The translations under genes were made by a program, and so were the position numbers. A DNA stretch of 64,000 bases from the IMG/VR virus record IMGVR_UViG_3300013093_000040, positions 6,519-70,518 of that record; one strand, written 5' to 3'. The notes below the pieces were generated by a model. That model searched no databases, had not been told where the DNA came from, and was given only the letters and a program-made list of their open reading frames with translations. The stretch comes from a virus. Below are positions 37,658 through 46,388 of the stretch, piece by piece (the stretch's first letter is position 1; each line of letters starts with the position of its first letter).

Positions 37658-38764
37658 TTATTTTTTTATAAAAAGTTTGTTTCCAACTATCAAACCTGTA
37701 GCTATAGATTTTAACTTTCCATACTGAGTAGGTAATATATGATTAGCAGAGACATTTATTTCTTTACCATTTTTCAATCTAATTCTATAGGTAGGTTGTT
37801 TTTGAACCGGATAAACTTTAGTGACTTTTTTGAATCCTTTATGAGTTAATATCTGATCTCCAATTCTAATGTCTCCTATCCTAACTTTGCCATTTGGAGT
37901 TTCTACTTTATCGTCTACATTATGGCATCGGTTTACTTGGGATACTGTCCATATCGGCACTTTTAATTCCCTTGCCATTCCCTTTACCGCAGTATACACA
38001 TCGTCTATCGCGTCTTTTGGATCTATCGATCTAGTCTTGCTCTTTAAAAGATCCACGTAGTCTATGATAACCAAGTCAGGTGGATACTTTAGGTCCCTAC
38101 ACTTTTGAATGTGAGACTCTATCGTGGCCGGCCCAACTTTTCCCATAGGATACTCTTTGATAATGAGCTTTCCTGGTAATTTTTCTATCGCTGCAGTAAC
38201 TTTGTCCTTGTGCAAGTGAATTTGTTGAGCATCGATGCCCGTAAATATCGCATCGTACCTCTTACCTACGTAGTCTTCCGAGAGTTCTAACGTGTAGTGA
38301 CACACTGTAAATCCTGCCTTAACTGCAGCGGCTCCCAAATTTACTAAACACCAAGAGTTGTGAGAAAGTATGCCGTTTGAATAGTAGCAGTGAACTTCAT
38401 CAACAGACATGTCGTAAAGAACTTTGTCTTTTTTAAGATGAACTTTTTTTGTGATTTTTGTTATTCCTTTTTCTGTTGTCACTAAGTCCCCCACGTCCAA
38501 ATCTTCAATTTTTTTCCACTCTTCGCCCACCTTTAACATGTGATGATTTGAGCTGGTCAGCGTTTTCCCGTTTGAAAAATAAGTTGTCACTCTTTTTTGT
38601 TTTTCAGTAGTAAACAAATTGACTATCTGTTTGTAGCCGTAAGGAGTCTTTACCTTTAAAGGAAAATTAATCAGCCTAACATTATTTGGCTTGGGCTCTA
38701 TTGCCAACTTCATGAATAAATTTTCTATCGAAATTTTTCTTTGGACTTTTCTGGTCTTTAACAT
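37658..38764 (-). CDS. DnaB/gp41 helicase piece 2: IntC-1 (38357-38764), middle extein, IntN-2 (37661-37927)
   Basis: SSNH...YDMSV...SHN|SWCL; TLELSE; IIDYVDLL; SQVNR|CHN...SANH. Confidence 0.9.
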   Translation of the reverse strand: MLKTRKVQRKISIENLFMKLAIEPKPNNVRLINFPLKVKTPYGYKQIVNLFTTEKQKRVTTYFSNGKTLTSSNHHMLKVGEEWKKIEDLDVGDLVTTEKGITKITKKVHLKKDKVLYDMSVDEVHCYYSNGILSHNSWCLVNLGAAAVKAGFTVCHYTLELSEDYVGKRYDAIFTGIDAQQIHLHKDKVTAAIEKLPGKLIIKEYPMGKVGPATIESHIQKCRDLKYPPDLVIIDYVDLLKSKTRSIDPKDAIDDVYTAVKGMARELKVPIWTVSQVNRCHNVDDKVETPNGKVRIGDIRIGDQILTHKGFKKVTKVYPVQKQPTYRIRLKNGKEINVSANHILPTQYGKLKSIATGLIVGNKLFIKK

Positions 38765-39621
38765 ATATAACTTTTTACTCTATTTAATTCAAATTCTTTG
38801 TTTGAAATCCAATCATTCTCCCAAATTATTAAAACTTCGTATCCCAAATTTTTATAATGATTTATTTTTTCATTGTCTTTTTTCCAAATATCCTTTACGA
38901 TTCCGGGTTTTATTTTTTCATCCTCTTTATAAAATGCGGGGTTAGCATGCCAATAATCTCCAAATATCTCGATTATAAATTTTTTATTGATCAATATATC
39001 GGTTATATAATGATCTATTGAAATATTGCATTCAGTATTTTCAAATAAATTTTTTATCTGATTAAAACAATCTATTTCTAACTTAGACCTACTATCTTTA
39101 TAGTTTTCAAAATGCTTAACCCACTTTTTTGGATCTGTGTTTAAAATATGTTGCTTTAAATTTGCGCGTATTTGATCTATAGATTTTTTGCTGTGGTGTT
39201 TGCCTGTAAATTTTAAAGATTTTGAACTTCTAACAGATTGAATTTTACTAACTTGAAAAATTGATTCTTCATGAGAAAATCCCTTTTTCATCCAATGTTC
39301 TATACAAATGGGTGATGCCTGTTTCTGTTTTATAGAAAGCAAATCTTTTTTTAGTAATTCGTCCCCTTTTGCCTGTTTGTCTATTCTTGATAAAAAAAAC
39401 GATCTTTGAACCTCTTTTACTTTACTTTTGGCATCTTCCAAACTAAAACCTCTATAGACCCAATATTCTATAGTTCTATTACTATGGCCCGTCATTAATC
39501 TTGATTTTGGATATAATTTTTTATATTCTTTAGTCTTTAATGAATGACTGTCTTTTAGATGATTCTGCAAATTGTACTTTTCTAGATGGCCACATATTTC
39601 ACAAATTAATCCTAATTGCAT
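38758..39621 (-). mobile_element. Free-standing Vsr-like homing endonuclease between helicase pieces
   Basis: CEICG..HL...H zinc finger; SKLE, IEIFGDYWHANP and GYEVLIIWE motifs. Confidence 0.85.
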
Positions 39622-39644
39622 AATATTTTAATTTATTATAAATA

Positions 39645-40439
39645 TCATCCTCCTAGTTTTTGGGTCTCAACAAATTCAAAGAAATTTTTTACTTCGTATC
39701 CCCACATGTGCATTCCATCTATATTAAACTCCGCAAAAGAATCGAACCAAATAGTCGCTGTCTTTCCTTTATTATTTACGTCAATTCCTATTTCTTCGTA
39801 CTCTATTTCTATTATAGAATTTGGTCCAATGCACTTTCCTCCTCCAGGATTACCGAATATCAATCCCAAATCTCCTACGCCAAGGCCCCCCATCAATAGT
39901 TTATTTAAATTTTCCCACGGTGTTGCAACCGGCGATCTTTGATCCGTTCTATACCTTGTTTCCATATCTTTTTCGTACTCGTGACCTATTGTTTTGTCTT
40001 GGCCCGCCTTCGCTGCCGTATTTACTATGTGACGAATGTCCTCGTATTCACCTCTTTCCAACAATTTAACAGACTGCAATATCGCATTTTTTAACTGTTG
40101 GTTCCTACAAAAATTAGAAAATTCCTGCTCCACGTATTCCCTATCATCGTTTGTGGCTTTAAGTGATTCTTTAAGTTGGTCTATGACACTAACCTTTAAA
40201 ATTTCGTTGTCTATTTTTTTAACTTCGACTTGTAACGATTCTGTGGACGGCGTAGTATGATATTTTTGGTAATACCTTAAAGTTTCAGACACAATCCACT
40301 TGTGAGCAGGAGAATCAAACATTTCCAAATCCAATACATCGTTTACGTTCTGCAAAAACTCTTTATGTTTTAATAAACTCGATAAAACCTTAATTTGAAA
40401 ACCGTTACCGTAACTTTGTAAAGTATTTAGTACTGCCAT
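39645..40439 (-). CDS. DnaB/gp41 helicase piece 1: N-extein (202 aa) plus short IntN-1 (39648-39833, 62 aa)
   Basis: TPW..LN....GGL; Walker A GNPGGGK|CIGPNSIIEI. Confidence 0.9.
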   Translation of the reverse strand: MAVLNTLQSYGNGFQIKVLSSLLKHKEFLQNVNDVLDLEMFDSPAHKWIVSETLRYYQKYHTTPSTESLQVEVKKIDNEILKVSVIDQLKESLKATNDDREYVEQEFSNFCRNQQLKNAILQSVKLLERGEYEDIRHIVNTAAKAGQDKTIGHEYEKDMETRYRTDQRSPVATPWENLNKLLMGGLGVGDLGLIFGNPGGGKCIGPNSIIEIEYEEIGIDVNNKGKTATIWFDSFAEFNIDGMHMWGYEVKNFFEFVETQKLGG

Positions 40440-40446
40440 AATTTAT

Positions 40447-40911
40447 TTACATTTTATAAGTAACAACTGTTACTTTGCAATCTACCAATTCAGTTTTAAT
40501 AATATTTTTAATTTTTTCCCAATCCCCTCCTGCCAAACCGGCGCCAATTTTAGGAAGACCTATGTGTTTTCCTGAAAATCTTAAATTTATCTTCCTCATG
40601 CACAATGTCAAAGCTTCGTAGTCAAATGGTTTTAATTTAGGTCCAACTAATCTTTGTGTATAAGAATTTACAACATATACTTTTTTATCAGGTTTTACTG
40701 GTATAAGCTTGAAATCTATTTGTCCCAATTTATTTACATCTCCAGCGGTAGAAAGCTCTTCCAAAGGAAATGTATTACAACCGAAAGTTCGAGCCATCAT
40801 TACGGCTATTCCTGCTCCCATATTGCACAAACAATTACAACCATGAGTTATCACGTCAAAATTTCCTTCTTTTGCTAATTTAATTAAATCTCCCTCTATT
40901 TCTTGATACAT
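40447..40911 (-). CDS. Macro domain protein
   Basis: GDL, HGCNC...MGAGIA and PKIGAGLAGGDW motifs. Confidence 0.88.
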   Translation of the reverse strand: MYQEIEGDLIKLAKEGNFDVITHGCNCLCNMGAGIAVMMARTFGCNTFPLEELSTAGDVNKLGQIDFKLIPVKPDKKVYVVNSYTQRLVGPKLKPFDYEALTLCMRKINLRFSGKHIGLPKIGAGLAGGDWEKIKNIIKTELVDCKVTVVTYKM

Positions 40912-40912
40912 T

Positions 40913-41941
40913 TTATTTGTATTTTTCCAATTCGTTAAATTTATCAAAAAGCCACAATGTCAAATTATTGATGCTCTTTCCCAAATCATCCTCTTCGTAA
41001 AGTTCAGCAAATTCCCTCGGTCTAAAAGATTTATGGGGATTTTTAAGTACATGATCTATCGTTATAACAGAATCTTCAGGAATGTTTGGATTTTTTAGGT
41101 CCATTAGCTTTTCATTAATGAACAATTGATTTTTAAAAGCTAGTATTTTTTCAAACATAGATCCCTTAGAAATCTCTGCCTTTTCAATAACTTCTTTTAG
41201 AGTAAAAATTTTATCAAACGAAAGTTCTGGATAGTGTTTCAAAAGAGTTTTTTGACCGAGTCCTCTGACTCCGGGAACGTTATCTCCACTATCGCCCATT
41301 AATATCTTCTCCATTAAAAAATTCTGTGGCGTCACTCCGTACTCTTCTACAACTTGTTTTGGTTGATAAAACTTTTTCTTTATGGGGGAATACACTGTAA
41401 TTTTATCGTTCACAAGTTGTAAATAATCCCTATCGCTAGAAACTATCGTAACTTCCCCAGGCAATTTTCCAACTAAATATCCTATCACATCATCGGCTTC
41501 TATTTTGTCAACAGACAAAAGATCTACCGGCAAGCACTTCAAATAATCTATTAGTCTTAGAATTTGATTTGTTATGGATTCAGCCTCTTGTTCTTGATTG
41601 TCAAAAAGGTCCCAATTTGTGACTCTGCGATAACCCCTATTTGCTTTGTATTCTGGGTATATGTACCTTTTATTTGTTGACCCACCCTGGCCATCAAAGA
41701 CTAGAATGACCCTGGTGGGCCTAACTAAATTTATTGCATAACCAAGGGATTTTAAATATCCGGTCAATCCCCCAATGTGGTGACCGTGTTTATTAACGTG
41801 ATTGATTATTGCAAAAGATCTTATGAAAGAATTCAAAGAGTCTATGATTAGAACCCTATCGTTAAGCTTTAATGGATCTTTTTTATCAATCGATGAATCC
41901 TCTTTCAAGGATTTCAACATTTCTTTGTATCTGTCTTCCAT
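40913..41941 (-). CDS. 5'-3' exonuclease / T4 RNase H-like
   Basis: YKANR, EADD, SSDRD and GDSGDNVPGVRGLG motifs. Confidence 0.92.
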   Translation of the reverse strand: MEDRYKEMLKSLKEDSSIDKKDPLKLNDRVLIIDSLNSFIRSFAIINHVNKHGHHIGGLTGYLKSLGYAINLVRPTRVILVFDGQGGSTNKRYIYPEYKANRGYRRVTNWDLFDNQEQEAESITNQILRLIDYLKCLPVDLLSVDKIEADDVIGYLVGKLPGEVTIVSSDRDYLQLVNDKITVYSPIKKKFYQPKQVVEEYGVTPQNFLMEKILMGDSGDNVPGVRGLGQKTLLKHYPELSFDKIFTLKEVIEKAEISKGSMFEKILAFKNQLFINEKLMDLKNPNIPEDSVITIDHVLKNPHKSFRPREFAELYEEDDLGKSINNLTLWLFDKFNELEKYK

Positions 41942-43008
41942 TATTCGTTATCTAGTGGATCAAAAATTTCTTTAATGTCTGTATCCTCTTCTTCTACCAC
42001 ATCAAAATCTTTAGATCCTAAAACTTGTAACCACTCTTTGCTGTGTTCTTTTTTGTATTTATCAAGATCCTTCTTATCATCCTTTATAAATCCATGGACG
42101 GTCATAATAAGTTTGCCTGTAGCAGTAACTCCGGTTATGTGATTTTTATCGCAAGATAATTTGGTCCTCTTTGCAAATTCTACCTCTTTACCATTTTTTG
42201 TGGCTTTTATTTTATTAGTTCCTGGATTTGTAACGTTTCCAAAAGTGATTATTAGAGACGAATCAAAATACATGGTATCGCCCCCTTTATTTTTCATTTT
42301 AGGTTGACTCATTATGGTCTCAGGTTTTGCAACCCACACTTTATTTATAGCAACAAACGTATTGGTATACTGTTGGCTTTCTTTTCTGGACATCACTATC
42401 TTTTGATTCACAAAATTTCCGAACTGTTGAGACATTGCGCCCGCATTCCATTCGTTATTATTCTTATTTGACTCTATTGACAATCTGCAAGGGATAGAAC
42501 CCACAGAATCCCAAAAAAAGCACAAATCGTAGGGCAGATTTCCCTTTTTCTGTTCATCCAATATGTCCAAAATGAAAGCAGATACATCCTCAATGCACTG
42601 AAGTTTTTCCCGGTCAATGTATATGAAAAATCCATTGTAGTCGGAAATTACTCCGTCTTCGTCAGGAACTTCATTAAATTGTAAACCCATTTGTCTTGCG
42701 TGATCCCAACTCCACTTCATTTCGGTAATAATGAACACCGGGAGTACGTTCATTTTTTGTGCTTGTACCGCGGCTTCTAAAAGAGCAGTAGTTTTTCCAG
42801 TGTCAGAATGTCCCCTCAATAAAGTAATGTGACCCATTGGGATTCCAGGAATTTCCAAAGTTTCTTGAAATGCAGTAGACAAAGGTATCCATTTAGGATC
42901 CTTAAATTTTATAGATGATGAAGACAAATTTTTTGATTTTTTAAATTTGTCCAAATCGAATTCACTTTTTATAGCATTCGATATCTTACCAGTAAGAGCT
43001 TTCGCCAT
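41941..43008 (-). CDS. RecA/UvsX-like recombinase
   Basis: GIPMGHIT, GHSDTGKT, WDSVGS and KGG motifs. Confidence 0.85.
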   Translation of the reverse strand: MAKALTGKISNAIKSEFDLDKFKKSKNLSSSSIKFKDPKWIPLSTAFQETLEIPGIPMGHITLLRGHSDTGKTTALLEAAVQAQKMNVLPVFIITEMKWSWDHARQMGLQFNEVPDEDGVISDYNGFFIYIDREKLQCIEDVSAFILDILDEQKKGNLPYDLCFFWDSVGSIPCRLSIESNKNNNEWNAGAMSQQFGNFVNQKIVMSRKESQQYTNTFVAINKVWVAKPETIMSQPKMKNKGGDTMYFDSSLIITFGNVTNPGTNKIKATKNGKEVEFAKRTKLSCDKNHITGVTATGKLIMTVHGFIKDDKKDLDKYKKEHSKEWLQVLGSKDFDVVEEEDTDIKEIFDPLDNE

Positions 43009-43031
43009 AACTCATTTATATTTAAAACCCA

Positions 43032-43856
43032 TTAAAAATCAAATAACTTATCTATCTCAGAGTCTATGGTAGTTTTAGTGGTACTAAGAGAAAACTTAGG
43101 CTTAATAGCCTCTTCAGTTTTTTCCCACGGTAAATCTCCCTGCTCCTCCGTCTTAACAACTACAGAGTCCGCGTTTTGTTTAATTTCCTCTTCAGGATTT
43201 AAATGGGACATTAAAGTACTTTTCATTTCTTCAAAAGTATACTTTTTAAATTGAGTCATGGGATCAGGCTGAGTTGTTAACCACAATTTCACTTTTGCTG
43301 CATCATCTGAAAGAGGCGTTGCCTTTGTTCTAACTCTCACACTAGAAGTATTGTAAGACAAACCAGTAGTTTCCTTTCCCTGAACGTCTATTAGGATGTC
43401 TCGTCCCTGAATGGGGTCAGTAAAATCGCCAATGTCTTCATCCTCTGTGAAAGCTAGTAAATCCATATACACTTGCTTTCCAAATCCCCAAAGTAAAACT
43501 CCCTTGTCTTCTTCACCACGAACTATAACAGGAGCGTACACTCTCATTTTAGGTTCCAATTTTTTGGCTAATTGCCAATCTTCTTTTATCGAAGATTTTC
43601 TAAGACCTTGAGAAAACTCCACAATTGGATCTTTTTCTCCAAAATTGGATAAAGCGATCATTGTATTTTTGTTTCCAATTCCGTAGTGAAAATACAATTC
43701 TTTAAACGGATTTGACTTGTTGTATGCTGAGGGAACTATGCGCACTTGATGTTTTCCAACTGATGGAGCCCACAAAGTTTTTACTAATTCTCCTCTCCCC
43801 GCACCACGAGGGTTTTGTAAAGCTGCTAAACGAGCTTTTAATGATGATAAATCCAT
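43032..43856 (-). CDS. ssDNA-binding protein (T4 gp32-like)
   Basis: VRIVP, LWGFGK and DFTDP..GRD motifs; acidic C-terminal LFDF. Confidence 0.8.
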   Translation of the reverse strand: MDLSSLKARLAALQNPRGAGRGELVKTLWAPSVGKHQVRIVPSAYNKSNPFKELYFHYGIGNKNTMIALSNFGEKDPIVEFSQGLRKSSIKEDWQLAKKLEPKMRVYAPVIVRGEEDKGVLLWGFGKQVYMDLLAFTEDEDIGDFTDPIQGRDILIDVQGKETTGLSYNTSSVRVRTKATPLSDDAAKVKLWLTTQPDPMTQFKKYTFEEMKSTLMSHLNPEEEIKQNADSVVVKTEEQGDLPWEKTEEAIKPKFSLSTTKTTIDSEIDKLFDF

Positions 43857-43923
43857 GACTTTTTGTTGTTTTTATTGATCGAATATAATCTATTCTGGAG
43901 AAAGAAAAAATATAAAATTCAAG

Positions 43924-44352
43924 TTATACAGTTATTATTTTGTATATCTTGGTATTTAACTTGCGTAATTCATCCCCTTGGGTTAGGAGAATTGAATTTT
44001 TATAATCGGCCCACTGAATGGGGAATTTAGAATCTAATCTGCCACCATTTAAGGACTTAATTAGGGTATTTAAAGCGTTTATTGTATAAAGTGTATTGGA
44101 TTCTTTTTTTCGGTGTAAAAGTATGGTGTTATCCAATATTTTTGTTCTATTCTCATCTACCTCTATATTATAAGTGCACATGAATTCCTTTGATTCCGGG
44201 GATTCCAGAACAAATATTTTTTTGTACATTATCCTGTACTCTCTATTTATGTCTCTTATTTTTTGGTCCAAATCGTCTTTAACGACAAAGCTACAAAATA
44301 ATCTATTCATGAGGGCATCTTGCGTTAGTTCAACTGTTTTTTCTTCGCTCAT
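43924..44352 (-). CDS. Conserved hypothetical phage protein
   Basis: HRKKESNTLYTINALN motif. Confidence 0.65.
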   Translation of the reverse strand: MSEEKTVELTQDALMNRLFCSFVVKDDLDQKIRDINREYRIMYKKIFVLESPESKEFMCTYNIEVDENRTKILDNTILLHRKKESNTLYTINALNTLIKSLNGGRLDSKFPIQWADYKNSILLTQGDELRKLNTKIYKIITV

Positions 44353-44370
44353 AACTATTGAATATAAATA

Positions 44371-45717
44371 TTAATTTATTTTGTTGAGGTAATAATTGAT
44401 TCCATATTTGTGTTTAACAAGCATATTTTCTGATTCCAAAATGTTTTTTATGTCCAAAAGTACATTCTTTCCATCTTTTAGGCTAAAATCAAACAAAAAA
44501 GAGTCATAGGTGATTAACAGGAGCTTCGTGGACAGCTTATTATCGATTAAATATTGGTTTATACGTTCTATCCTTGACACATTGGCCACAGTCTCCAGAT
44601 TCTGCACTAGATAGTTAAATAATTTCAATCTATTCATTTCAGGGGAATATTTTATGATTCTCCCCGTGGGAAGTGCAACAGCTCTTTGTTTTTTATAAGA
44701 CTCCCAAAGATCTTCAGTGTAAGATTCCAGCTTAGCAAAAAAGTCTATATGTATATACTTAGGATTTATTCCTCCGTAAAGCTGCTTAAAAGTTATTGAT
44801 TTCGATTCTAAATATTCTTCTTGGGTGAGTTCATCTTTATCAAAATAAAGTCTGCCCAATTCCGTATGAATTGAAGCATTTTTCCACTCATGACCTATCA
44901 AATTACCAATCAATCTAAGATGGTATGCGTCGAAATCAAACTCCACAAAATAATCATTACTAGAAATAAAACACTCTCTAAAATCTTTATTTTTCGGAAT
45001 TGCCAAAAAATTTATTCCGTTAAATGAATTTGTTGGTCTTTCTGTTAAATTATACAAATTATAATAAGATAGCACAAATTCACCAATTTTTGAATAATTC
45101 TCTTCTACAAATTTATATTTTGATGCAAATTTTACTTGATCAATTTTTATTGGATTTTTTTCTACGGAAGCGTACGCTGAAATTAATCTATTTTGAAAAT
45201 CAGTATTAGCTTCAAGACCAAAAAATCCCTTTACAGATTCGTACAAACATCGACATTTTTCGTAATGTTTTGCAACAGGAATTAATTCATTTACATTAGG
45301 AAATTTGTGAAATTTAGAATAAAAGTTATTATGCAATATAGTATTACAATTTCCAAATTCATGACTATTTGTTTGATCCAACCTTATAAAATTAACATCC
45401 ACGGAATTTTTTAAATCTAAAAAATAAGAGTGATATTTTTTATCCAGTAAATAAATTACTTTGTGCGAGGATAAAAAATTTTCTACATCTTTTAGATCCA
45501 GAGAAAAGGTTTCCGAGTGCTTAAATGGAAAAATGTATCCTTTATTTCCGTCGTGATAATATAATAAGCTCGGATAGGATAATTTTGGATGAAAATTGTC
45601 ATTACCGCATATTAACTGTATGAAACATTCTTCACTTGGTTTCATACAATCAAATTGATCTTTAGTTTCTACTATAAAATACACAATACAACCTCTATTT
45701 TGTTCAAATTTAAACAA
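44371..45717 (-). CDS. Divergent second family A polymerase-like protein
   Basis: EFDFDAYHLRL, K.ITFKQLYGG, NYLVQNLET and TYDSFLFD motifs; true start probably near 45687. Confidence 0.7.
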   Translation of the reverse strand: MFKFEQNRGCIVYFIVETKDQFDCMKPSEECFIQLICGNDNFHPKLSYPSLLYYHDGNKGYIFPFKHSETFSLDLKDVENFLSSHKVIYLLDKKYHSYFLDLKNSVDVNFIRLDQTNSHEFGNCNTILHNNFYSKFHKFPNVNELIPVAKHYEKCRCLYESVKGFFGLEANTDFQNRLISAYASVEKNPIKIDQVKFASKYKFVEENYSKIGEFVLSYYNLYNLTERPTNSFNGINFLAIPKNKDFRECFISSNDYFVEFDFDAYHLRLIGNLIGHEWKNASIHTELGRLYFDKDELTQEEYLESKSITFKQLYGGINPKYIHIDFFAKLESYTEDLWESYKKQRAVALPTGRIIKYSPEMNRLKLFNYLVQNLETVANVSRIERINQYLIDNKLSTKLLLITYDSFLFDFSLKDGKNVLLDIKNILESENMLVKHKYGINYYLNKIN

Positions 45718-45741
45718 ATTAGATAATAAAGTAAAATTTAT

Positions 45742-46386
45742 TTAAGAGGTGGGCTTCGAGAATTTAGAATAATTTCCACCTATAAAATCAATCAATCCAA
45801 ATAAATTGACATTAGTGGCTTCCACCAACCTTTTATTTGTGTCAATAATTCCCGCCCTAACATCATATTGACTTATCCTAATTGAATTTAGTGGACCGGT
45901 CAATTTCCACGCAATTTGTGCCACTTGTAACATGGAAATATCGTAAGATGGATTTGCAGAAATAATGTCCTGATACTGCTGTGGGGAAATTTCCTTTACA
46001 TATCCATTATTGTTTACCTGCTTACCAAAATATCTAAGTATGTAACCGAGATCGTAATCGCTTTGTATTGGATTTGGAAAATACGACACTAAAGATTTAG
46101 TTCCTGAGGAAACTAAATTTGTACTTTTAATCATTTGATTTATAAAACCAGGCGTATTGTTGGATACTTTACTCAATTCGTACAATCCAATATTTGAATC
46201 GTCAAATGGAGCAGAATTTTGTAAAGGTTCGTTTGGTCCAAGCGCAGGATTTGCTCCGGTAAAAACCTTTCCATCGTAGGTGATGTAGTATAAGCCCACG
46301 TATGATTTACCGTTCAAATAAAATTCTCCCCCCTTAGTAATTTGGTTGGGTATTATTTTAAAAGCTGGATAGTATCTTACTGGCAT
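45742..46386 (-). CDS. Putative baseplate/tail-associated protein
   Basis: Last gene of the baseplate operon. Confidence 0.55.
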   Translation of the reverse strand: MPVRYYPAFKIIPNQITKGGEFYLNGKSYVGLYYITYDGKVFTGANPALGPNEPLQNSAPFDDSNIGLYELSKVSNNTPGFINQMIKSTNLVSSGTKSLVSYFPNPIQSDYDLGYILRYFGKQVNNNGYVKEISPQQYQDIISANPSYDISMLQVAQIAWKLTGPLNSIRISQYDVRAGIIDTNKRLVEATNVNLFGLIDFIGGNYSKFSKPTS

Positions 46387-46388
46387 GA

